A stretch of DNA of 64,000 nucleotides from the NCBI GenBank assembly GCA_964398395.1, contig CAYNMU010000001.1:4233-68232 (forward strand), written 5' to 3'. Source of the stretch: an uncultured Eubacteriales bacterium. Its GTDB lineage: Bacteria > Bacillota > Clostridia > Oscillospirales > Acutalibacteraceae. Below are positions 36,497 through 44,108 of the stretch, one piece after another (the first letter of the stretch is position 1; each line of letters opens with the position of its first letter). A model generated the notes under the pieces. The model ran no database searches and was not told where the DNA came from. It was given only the letters and a program-made list of their open reading frames with translations. The position numbers and the translations under genes are program-made.

Positions 36497-36879
36497 TGCG
36501 TAGCATTTTTAACATCTAAAATTTTGATAAATCAGCGTGGACTTTTTTCGCAAGACAAGGCGAAGAATGGGTGGATAATGTGTATATATCAATTGATATG
36601 AATGAAGTATTCTACAAGAAAGATTGCTGATTGTAAAAGGATTGGTGTTATTAACAGTTGCATTCAGATGTAATTTGCTTGTTATGATTATATTTCACTG
36701 TGCAAAGCAAGAAAAGTAAGAAAAAGCCATAATCAAAGATGCCATTCTGACGCAGCGAAGAATCTTTCTTGTTGTTAGAGATATAGATTCTTCGTCGTGC
36801 GGGCTCCCTCAGGATGATATGTTTATCCCTTAAGCCCCACTTGTATTGGACACACGCCGGGCACACATGACATAAAAAA

Positions 36880-36907
36880 CCGGGATGCTTTATACAAAGC
36901 ATCCCGG
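36880..36907 (-). terminator. Intrinsic terminator of the 537-aa gene
   Basis: CCGGGATGCTTT/AAAGCATCCCGG 12-bp stem. In minus sense it is followed by T6. Confidence 0.85.
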
Positions 36908-36929
36908 TAAAACTATTGGTTTCGTAAAA

Positions 36930-38543
36930 TTATGCTCTTGCTCTTGTGCATTGATCAACTATGCCATTTTCTTCAATGTGAAGATTGTAGATAGTTGCAT
37001 TGCTCTCATCAAATATAACCCATGTCTTTTGGAGACCGGCTAATTTCATGAGCTGTGAACTCTGGCCAACAGAAACACTCATAAGACCATAAATCTTTGC
37101 ATTGCCGCAGAATGTCGCGCCGTCCATGCCACCACAAGGATAAGGAATGTTAATTGCAAGGTCTAAAGGCATATTAAGTGTATAGACTGCAGTATCGGTT
37201 TGAATGTAAGCACTGACTTTGATTCCAAGGCCGGCTTCGAATTCTGCATCGATGAGCATATAGTTAACTAACTTAATACCAAATGCAAGACCAACTGTGA
37301 AACGGACATCAGCCATAACATCATATGTTTGTTTGCCGTATGTTGTTTCGTTGATGATTCTGACTTTGTTGTTGATAATTTCAACACCCTTGACATTGCT
37401 GGACTCGATTGTGATTTGAATCTTGCCGTCAACAGTGATTCTGAGGTTGACATCAAGAGAAACCGTGAAAGGAGTTGTGCCCAAGGGAACACTGAAAGTG
37501 AAAACAGTGATCTTGTTGCCGCCGCCCGGCATTAATGCAAGAGCGCCTGCTTTTGCAGCTGTCATTAAATCCATAGGTGTATTACCTTTAACGGCTAATG
37601 AAGTTGCATAATTACCTGTAAGAGTGGTTACATCTTTGCAATCATAGTCTGCACGAAGATAAGCTTCTTTGATATCATTTGTTGCAAGGTTACCATCGAA
37701 CTTTGTGCTGACATTCAAATTGCTGATTTCAAAAGACTTTTGAAGGTGAACGCCGGTTGTGATGTCGGTGCCTACACCAAGATTAAAGCCTGTGTCTGTA
37801 ACCTTAAGGTTAAAGTTGAATTGACCAAGATTGAAACTAACATCAAGCTTCTTAAGTAATCCTGCGATGTCAATTTGTGATTGGGTAATTCCTGCTTCTG
37901 TGCCAAGAGGAACATAAGCATCTTGAAGTACATCGCCAGCGCCTGTTTTAATTTCAGCTGCTGTTACAGCCGGTGCAAAGTCGCCGCTGAACTTAACTTC
38001 GTCTTGTGATGCTGCTTGGACAGCAGGTGTGCCGAAATCTACCTCTGCCCAAATAGCTCTAACCTTAACAAGAAGTGCTTTCACGTCAGCAACGGAAAGA
38101 GCTTTAACACCGCCCCAAATGTTGAGGGAAAGGAGACCCATACCAACGAGTTTTGCAATAGCTGCATCGGCGTTGTCAGATCCGGCTCCCGGAGCCAAAT
38201 TTGCAGCTCTAACAAGTGTAGTAGCAACAAATGCTGTTGTTACCGGCTTAATGAGACCTGCAAGGAAAACGGTTTTATTATCGAACTGATTGATTACTCC
38301 CCAATCGTAAGCTGTTTGTACATCTTTGAAATACATTGGGGCTGATATGGCTGTGATGTCTGCATACCAAGGGGTTGGGGTGCAACTAACTGTGCTCATT
38401 CCGAATTCTTCGTTAACCATGATGAGCCATTCGCCAACGCTAATACCCTCGATTGGTTTCGCAAGTCCGGGAACAAACACTGAGAGTAGCGCCATAACTG
38501 CGGACATAACCCATGCCGTGAGCTTTTGCCATGTGCTTGACAT
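36930..38543 (-). CDS. Secreted protein, N-terminal helical region with a weak SLH-like segment and a beta-strand-rich C-terminal half; function unknown
   Basis: 537-aa ORF with signal peptide (MALLSVFVPGLA/KP). GGAGG then A7 then ATG. The C-terminal ~330 aa show alternating-polarity beta patterns (FNFNLKVTDTGFNLGVGTDIT, VRFTVGLAFGIKL). No family recognised. Confidence 0.75.
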   Translation of the reverse strand: MSSTWQKLTAWVMSAVMALLSVFVPGLAKPIEGISVGEWLIMVNEEFGMSTVSCTPTPWYADITAISAPMYFKDVQTAYDWGVINQFDNKTVFLAGLIKPVTTAFVATTLVRAANLAPGAGSDNADAAIAKLVGMGLLSLNIWGGVKALSVADVKALLVKVRAIWAEVDFGTPAVQAASQDEVKFSGDFAPAVTAAEIKTGAGDVLQDAYVPLGTEAGITQSQIDIAGLLKKLDVSFNLGQFNFNLKVTDTGFNLGVGTDITTGVHLQKSFEISNLNVSTKFDGNLATNDIKEAYLRADYDCKDVTTLTGNYATSLAVKGNTPMDLMTAAKAGALALMPGGGNKITVFTFSVPLGTTPFTVSLDVNLRITVDGKIQITIESSNVKGVEIINNKVRIINETTYGKQTYDVMADVRFTVGLAFGIKLVNYMLIDAEFEAGLGIKVSAYIQTDTAVYTLNMPLDLAINIPYPCGGMDGATFCGNAKIYGLMSVSVGQSSQLMKLAGLQKTWVIFDESNATIYNLHIEENGIVDQCTRARA

Positions 38544-39014
38544 TTTTTTTCCTCCTAAATAATTATTGAAGCGTAAAGCTTTTATTGCCCGCTTCTGAGC
38601 AATTTCTGAGTTCCGTATATATATTATATCAAAATAAAGCTAATTGCAAGAGAAATTCAAAAAAAAGTATAAAATATTACACAAATATCATTTTGAAATT
38701 TTGTGCACAATTCACAAAAAAAGAGTAAAAGTATAATGTTTGAGCGGAACACTAAAGAATTAAATTCAAAAATAGAACAATAACTTACGACGCAAAAAAT
38801 GCGATAATTAAATTTAGAAATTAAAATAAATATGTGCGTTTGATTTTATAATTATATTATATCACATCGAAGAGATTTTTGCAACTGAATGTTTTAGTAT
38901 TGCTTCACTGGTAAAATTTGGAGATTACGGCAAAAATACAGTTTCCGACAGCTAAAATAATTAAAAATTTATGTTACTTATGTGATTGAATTCGAAGAAT
39001 AGCAGAATTTTTTG

Positions 39015-39042
39015 TTGAATTGTTTTAAAAAATCGTTATAAT
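39015..39042 (+). promoter_or_regulatory. Candidate sigma-70 promoter of the C_GCAxxG/URO-D-like operon
   Basis: TTGAAT (39015-39020), a 16-nt spacer, then TATAAT (39037-39042). Implies a ~100-nt leader before the ATG at 39150. Confidence 0.4.
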
Positions 39043-39149
39043 TAAATGGAACAGCAGTATCGGCAATTTACTTGCGTTTCCGTATTAAGAATCCAAAAAT
39101 CTTTTTCAGTTTAAGGCTCAAGGCAGAGTAAGCAAAGGAGATAAAACAA

Positions 39150-39614
39150 ATGAGTAAACATTCGGAGCTAGCAATAGGACTTTTCAAACAAGGTTATAAC
39201 TGCTCACAAGCGGTTTTCGGAGCGTTCTGCGATGAAACGGGAATGAGCTTAGAAGATGCGTTAAGACTCTCATCATCTTTCGGTGCCGGAATGGGAAAAC
39301 TGCGTGAAGTATGCGGCGCTGTAACGGGTATGTTTATGGCTGCGGGGTGTATATACGGCTATGCAGACCCCTTGGATGAAGCCGCTAAGGCAGAACATTA
39401 CGCGTTGATTCAGTCGCTTGCCCATCTGTTTAAAGAAGAAAATAAATCGATCAGCTGCAGAGATTTGCTGGGACTTGATTTGGAGGAACAAAATCCGATT
39501 CCGGAAGCGAGAACTGAACATTATTACCAGGAGCGTCCCTGCGTGGAGCTTGTGGGCAGCGCAGCCGAAATACTTGACAAACTGATTGAAAGCAGAGGAG
39601 TTATTAAAACATGA
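39150..39614 (+). CDS. C_GCAxxG_C_C-family putative redox-active protein
   Basis: 154-aa ORF with the family Cys pattern (GYNCSQAVFGAFC ... EVCGAVTG ... RPCVELV). AAAGGAG SD upstream. Confidence 0.8.
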   Translation: MSKHSELAIGLFKQGYNCSQAVFGAFCDETGMSLEDALRLSSSFGAGMGKLREVCGAVTGMFMAAGCIYGYADPLDEAAKAEHYALIQSLAHLFKEENKSISCRDLLGLDLEEQNPIPEARTEHYYQERPCVELVGSAAEILDKLIESRGVIKT

Positions 39615-40615
39615 AAAATACGGAGCGCTTTGATAAAATCCTTTCATTTTCCAAAGATGCAGACCGCACGCCGGTAATCGAGTGGGCAGGCTGGTGGGAT
39701 AAAACCATTGATAATTGGCGCGAGCAAGGGCTGCCGAAGAGCGCTAAAGATAATGAAGACATCAAGGACTTCTTCGGACAGGATAAGCTTCATCAGTTTT
39801 GGCTGCCTGTGCGTGATAACGGCTGCCCGCGAGCGCTTTCGCACGGCGCGCCAATTATGTATGACGAGAAAGATTATGCAAAAATCAAAAAATATCTTTA
39901 CACGGACAAACTATTGCTTGAAGGCGAAAAAAGTATTAAAAGTTTTTTAAAAGAACACAAAAATGATGATTTTGCATATTGGCTTTCGCTGGAAGGGTTT
40001 TTCTGGTTTCCCCGCACACTTTTCGGTATCGAAAACCATCTCTTTGCTTTTTATGATTACCCCGAACTGATGCAGACCATAAATCGCGATTTGTGCGAAT
40101 ATCACAAAAAATGCATTGAGGTTGTTTACTCCCTTATTACGCCAAAATTTATGACCTTTGCGGAGGATATGTCTTACAACGGCGGTCCAATGCTTTCGCG
40201 GGAACAGTACAATGAATTTGTGCTGCCTTATTACAAGGAACTGTCACCGCTCTTGAAGGCCAAAGGGACAAAGGTGCTTATTGACACCGACGGCAATGTT
40301 GAACCGCTGATCCCATGGTTTTTAGATGGCGGAATTCAGGGCATTTTGCCGCTAGAACGAATGGCGGGTGTGGATGTTAACAGAATCCGCGAAAAATACC
40401 CCGATTTGATTATGATAGGTGCGTATGATAAAACGGTTATGCATAAAGGGGAGGCAGCCATGCGAGCGGAATTCGAAAGGATTTTGCCTGCAATTCGCTC
40501 CGGCGGTTATATTCCCGGCGTTGACCATCAAACCCCACCGGATGTCACATTGGATGACTACTTTATTTTTATGAAACTGCTCTGGGAATACAGTTCTAAA
40601 ATAAATTTTGTTTAA
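39611..40615 (+). CDS. Uroporphyrinogen decarboxylase (URO-D)-family protein, MtaA/CmuA-like methyltransferase type
   Basis: 334-aa ORF overlapping the upstream gene by ATGA. C-terminal half is URO-D-like (FAEDMSYNGGPMLS, VLIDTDGNV, GILPLE, YIPGVDHQ). The specific activity cannot be assigned. Confidence 0.65.
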   Translation: MKNTERFDKILSFSKDADRTPVIEWAGWWDKTIDNWREQGLPKSAKDNEDIKDFFGQDKLHQFWLPVRDNGCPRALSHGAPIMYDEKDYAKIKKYLYTDKLLLEGEKSIKSFLKEHKNDDFAYWLSLEGFFWFPRTLFGIENHLFAFYDYPELMQTINRDLCEYHKKCIEVVYSLITPKFMTFAEDMSYNGGPMLSREQYNEFVLPYYKELSPLLKAKGTKVLIDTDGNVEPLIPWFLDGGIQGILPLERMAGVDVNRIREKYPDLIMIGAYDKTVMHKGEAAMRAEFERILPAIRSGGYIPGVDHQTPPDVTLDDYFIFMKLLWEYSSKINFV

Positions 40616-40629
40616 AAAGGTGGCTTTAT

Positions 40630-41055
40630 ATTAAAGAAATATTTATTTTTTTACCTTCCATTCTTTATTTTCTTATTGGTTTGATAAGTGTTATTATGAC
40701 TTTAAAAAACTTTTCATCTAAAAAAATGCTGCCTTTTTATGAACAGTCTTCAGGTAAACTTTGGGATGATATTGAAGAACCGGTTAAACTTATAATCCTG
40801 TCGCTAATGAAATTGGTCGGACTGGGATTTTTTATCCAGTCAATTCTTATGATTTCCTTTCCGATTATCAACTATTTTTTACCAAACTCGGTAATCAAAT
40901 ATTTGATTCCGGCTATTGCATTCATTTATTGTTCAGGTCTCTTTGCAATTAATTTTTCATTCTATAAAAAAACAAAAGCAGATTCACCGTGGAAAGAGTC
41001 TGTTTTTGCAATGATTATTATAGCAGCAGGTATTATTATTTCAGCATTTAACTGA
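40630..41055 (+). CDS. Small 4-TM membrane protein, probably initiated at a non-canonical ATT codon
   Basis: The track ORF begins at TTG 40681 with no SD. The frame is open from 40600. AAAGGTGG (40616-40623) sits 6 nt upstream of ATT 40630, and the added 17 codons (KEIFIFLPSILYFLIGL) complete an N-terminal TM helix. Alternative starts are TTG 40681 and ATG 40696. Confidence 0.5.
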   Translation: MKEIFIFLPSILYFLIGLISVIMTLKNFSSKKMLPFYEQSSGKLWDDIEEPVKLIILSLMKLVGLGFFIQSILMISFPIINYFLPNSVIKYLIPAIAFIYCSGLFAINFSFYKKTKADSPWKESVFAMIIIAAGIIISAFN

Positions 41056-41116
41056 ATAAGTCTGCCAATTTTGGTGGTAATTTAACATCCTTAGTAGATA
41101 TAAAAATTTAAAATAA

Positions 41117-41143
41117 GCCCCACAACCGATAGTGTTGTGGGGC
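41117..41143. terminator. Bidirectional terminator hairpin
   Basis: GCCCCACAAC/GTTGTGGGGC 10-bp stem between convergent genes, with AT-rich flanks. Confidence 0.7.
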
Positions 41144-41182
41144 TGCAATGTTACTATATAATGTATTATTTTATTTTATTCA

Positions 41183-42361
41183 TTAAAAATTGACATCTTC
41201 ATTCTCTTGCTCTTCAATCCCGCTTGGCTTAACCGTTTTCTTTGGTGCCCCGGCATAAACACACAAACAGACTGCAATAGCAATCAGCAAAACCGCAACT
41301 GCAATTGCCGCGATTTGTTTAGATTTGCTAATGCCGGTTGAATTTGCGGCGACATCGGTTGCATCATTCGAATAAGTTGTTCCGCTTGGTTCCGTTTGCG
41401 ATGTCTGTAATTGTGCAGGCTGCACTGCACTTGTTAAGATGGCGGCTGAGGTTTGCATCTCTTCACTATAGATGGATGCGGGGTAGGTTGATTTCGTGGT
41501 GTTTTGAAAATACTTGGTTGTTACAGCCGATTTTTGAGTGGTCGTTTCTTTGATGATCGTTGTTTTTGAACTAGTTGCTTTCGCAGTTGTCGCATTAATG
41601 GTGGTCACTTTTGCGGTAGTCGCTTTTACTGTAGTTGATATAGTCGTGGGTTCCTTTGCTGTGGTTTCCTTTTTGGTAGTTGGTGCTTTTGTGGTAGTTT
41701 CCTTTATAGCTGTTGGCGCCTTAGTTGTTGTTTCTTTTGTGGTTGTTTCTTTTTTTGTTGTCGGTGCCTTAGTCGTTGTTTCTTTTGTGGTAGTTGCCTT
41801 TTCTGTTGTAGTTGCCTCGGTTGTCTGCACAACAGACCAATTGTAATAATTTGAAGGGCTTCCGTCACCGTCCACTATCTGAATACCCTGCAGGGCCTTT
41901 TCGGGGATGCCGTATTTAAAACCGATTCTAACTTCGACGGTAAAATCATTGTTCGACCCTATAATAATTTTTGAAATCATATTGTAAGCGTTGACGTCAT
42001 AATCGCTTATTCCGCTTTGGGTGCAAACGACATATTCATTATCCTTTAAGTTTATCCTTACACCGGCAAGTGCGTTGTCTGCAACAAGCGCATGAGTATT
42101 ATCCTGCGTTGCCTGAAAACCTAAGTAAACCGCTTGCTCATTGCTGTCTGTCTTAACCTTCATCATTGCAAAATTAATTAAACAGTTTGTCGGTACACCT
42201 GACTTAAAAACAATAAACGGCTCACTGCCTTGCCACTCAATGTTTTCAAGCACTCCATCAACGGTTACTGCGCTTGCTGAGGCTGAAAGTACAAATAAAG
42301 CAAGTAAAATAGCGGTAATAACACATGTGGATTTTTTCAAGGTTAGCAAATGAACTCCCAC
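41183..42361 (-). CDS. Cell-surface protein: N-terminal beta-sandwich domain, Thr/Lys-rich tandem-repeat stalk, C-terminal TM anchor
   Basis: 392-aa ORF with signal peptide (...VLSASASA). aa ~179-278 are built of TTKETTTKAPTTKKE-type repeats. C-terminal TM helix (IAAIAVAVLLIAIAVCLCVYA) and an acidic tail. The start is ambiguous: GTG 42361, or the downstream TTG giving MKKSTCVIT. Confidence 0.75.
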   Translation of the reverse strand: MGVHLLTLKKSTCVITAILLALFVLSASASAVTVDGVLENIEWQGSEPFIVFKSGVPTNCLINFAMMKVKTDSNEQAVYLGFQATQDNTHALVADNALAGVRINLKDNEYVVCTQSGISDYDVNAYNMISKIIIGSNNDFTVEVRIGFKYGIPEKALQGIQIVDGDGSPSNYYNWSVVQTTEATTTEKATTTKETTTKAPTTKKETTTKETTTKAPTAIKETTTKAPTTKKETTAKEPTTISTTVKATTAKVTTINATTAKATSSKTTIIKETTTQKSAVTTKYFQNTTKSTYPASIYSEEMQTSAAILTSAVQPAQLQTSQTEPSGTTYSNDATDVAANSTGISKSKQIAAIAVAVLLIAIAVCLCVYAGAPKKTVKPSGIEEQENEDVNF

Positions 42362-42453
42362 TTTCCAGTCAAATATTTTTATATAATATTATACTTTCAG
42401 TTTTATTGCAATAGCTTTTTAATGTTTTTCTGCCGATTATTTCCTGTTTTTAC

Positions 42454-42481
42454 TTGCATTTATTTGTGGATATGCTATAGT
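42454..42481 (+). promoter_or_regulatory. Sigma-70 promoter with extended -10 for the ceramidase-like gene
   Basis: TTGCAT (42454-42459), a 16-nt spacer ending in TGc, then TATAGT (42476-42481). Confidence 0.5.
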
Positions 42482-42563
42482 GAATTAGTTTGTTTCAAAC
42501 ACTCGAAAGTGCAAAGATTCAGCTCGCTTGGTTTGGAATTTATATTAATAATTTGGAGGTAAC

Positions 42564-44012
42564 ATGATGAGCACAATAGGTTTATTGACAAAGGTATTTA
42601 CAAAGCGCTTCGCCGTCGGCGGTGCAAAAATGGCAAAAAAGTCACCCGGCGCACCTGTAGCCGATGGAATTTTTGACAAGGCCGGCGAGGCAAAGTCAGA
42701 ATTTTTCACCGCCGGTTTCGCAAAAACTGATGTAATGCCTGCTGATATTGACAAGAAAAAATACTACATTGCCGGTTACCGGCCGTGGAACCCGGCGCAG
42801 GGTGTTCATGACCCAATGACAGCTAGCGCTGTTTGGCTTGACGATAATTCAGGCAAGGGCGGAGTAGTTTTCGTCTCCGTTGATGATATTGGCATGGTAA
42901 GCAAGGATGTTATGTCAGCCAAAGCGTTGCTGACTGACTTCGTTAAAAAATCGGGATGCAGGTCAGTAAATATTTTAAGTACGCATAATCATGCAGGAAT
43001 CGACACTATGGGCATGTGGGGAAATCTGCCGCTTACGGGCAGAAACGAAAAATATATGCAAATTATTTTCCAAGGTATCAAAAAAGTTGTTGAGGCCGCA
43101 TATGAAGACAGGCGAGAAGGCTCTTTGTTTTTAGGCAGTCATGCCGCGCCTGATATTCTGAGAGATTCAAGGCCTCCTATCGTTTTTTCGGATATTCTCA
43201 CACGTCTGCGCTTTGTACCGAACGATGGTACCAGAGAGATTTATTTCATCAACTTTGCCTCGCATTCCGAATCAATGCTGGGTGACAATTCCCTTGTCAG
43301 CGCTGACTTTCCGTACTATTTGCGTGAGAAAGTCAAAAAGGAAACGGGCGCCGAAACAATTTATTTTGTCGGGGCTATCGGTGGACTTATCCGGATGAAA
43401 GAACTCCACGAAAACAATATTGAATCGACAAAAATCGCGGGTGAAACGCTAGCCAAAGCGGCTTTTGCAATTGACAATGAAGTAAAACTTGCACCAAGAA
43501 TCAGCATGATAAAGCAAGAGTTTTATGCCGAAGCGCAGAATTTCGCACTTCTTTCCGCTGCAAAGTTTGGCCTTCTAAGCGCTCAAAAGTCAGCAATCAG
43601 CACGGATAAATATACAGGATACGCACTTAAAACCGAACTTACCTATTTCGAAATCGACTCGCTCAAAATGCTTCTCCTGCCCGGTGAAATCTTCCCGGAG
43701 CTTGTTTACGGCGGTTATATGAGCGCTGCGGAAACTGCGGAAGGCAAGGCACCTGAAATCAATCCGACGCCACTCAGAGAAATAGCAGGGGATGAAAATC
43801 TTCTTGTTTTCGGTCTTTCAAATGACGAAATCGGTTATATTGTTACACCGAATGACTTTTTCCTTGACCCTCTGTCTTCCTACTTCGACGGTGGAAAAGA
43901 CAAAAGCGGCAGAAGGCATTATGAAGAAACAAACTCTTTGGGACCCAACACCGCTTACAAAATCGCTGAAGTGTTTACCGGCATGATGGCAAAGGTTAAG
44001 GCGGCAAAATAG
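42564..44012 (+). CDS. Neutral/alkaline ceramidase N-terminal-domain-like hydrolase
   Basis: 482-aa ORF with GGAGG SD 4 nt upstream. AGFAKTDVMP...YIAGY...HDPMTASAVWLDD...VVFVSVDDIGM...STHNHAG matches the pattern of bacterial ceramidase-like proteins, recalled from memory and not searched. Confidence 0.6.
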   Translation: MMSTIGLLTKVFTKRFAVGGAKMAKKSPGAPVADGIFDKAGEAKSEFFTAGFAKTDVMPADIDKKKYYIAGYRPWNPAQGVHDPMTASAVWLDDNSGKGGVVFVSVDDIGMVSKDVMSAKALLTDFVKKSGCRSVNILSTHNHAGIDTMGMWGNLPLTGRNEKYMQIIFQGIKKVVEAAYEDRREGSLFLGSHAAPDILRDSRPPIVFSDILTRLRFVPNDGTREIYFINFASHSESMLGDNSLVSADFPYYLREKVKKETGAETIYFVGAIGGLIRMKELHENNIESTKIAGETLAKAAFAIDNEVKLAPRISMIKQEFYAEAQNFALLSAAKFGLLSAQKSAISTDKYTGYALKTELTYFEIDSLKMLLLPGEIFPELVYGGYMSAAETAEGKAPEINPTPLREIAGDENLLVFGLSNDEIGYIVTPNDFFLDPLSSYFDGGKDKSGRRHYEETNSLGPNTAYKIAEVFTGMMAKVKAAK

Positions 44013-44108
44013 TTCTTTGTGGTCAGTGGTCGGTGGTTAGCGGATTATTAGAAAACTTCTTCAAAACCACTTTTTATTTTGTATATTTTTTGAAAGATAG
44101 GTATTTTT

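Noticed and set aside
36511-36525. 13-nt match (TAACATCTAAAAT) to the heptamer array at 6159-6171, and an 11-nt inverted match between 8975-8985 and 36743-36753.
   Set aside because: Exact matches of 11-13 nt are expected many times by chance among all position pairs in 64 kb of AT-biased sequence. There is no extended similarity around them.
36651-36902. 83-aa Cys-rich ORF in the gap downstream of the 1307-aa gene.
   Set aside because: Its start codon lies inside the terminator hairpin of the neighbouring gene. It has no SD, is AT-rich, and has no recognisable protein features.
15439-38543. tRNA-Thr-flanked genomic island or integrative element, because the accessory-looking surface-protein block starts right after the tRNA.
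   Set aside because: No integrase, recombinase, excisionase or transposase is present anywhere in the window. I found no direct repeat of the tRNA 3' end downstream. htpG, a housekeeping gene, lies inside the block.
38544-39149. Replication origin, because the region is AT-rich and predominant gene orientation switches from minus to plus around it.
   Set aside because: No dnaA or dnaN is nearby. Only single degenerate DnaA-box-like 9-mers are seen (for example TTGTGCACA here, GGTGGATAA at about 36572, TGTGGATAT at about 42467) and there is no cluster. The orientation switch is not clean, since several genes on each side break it.
41528-41827. CRISPR-like repeat array (regularly spaced short repeats).
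   Set aside because: The repeats are in-frame codons of a Thr/Lys-rich protein stalk with no unique spacers. There are no cas genes, and no CRISPR array was seen anywhere in the window.
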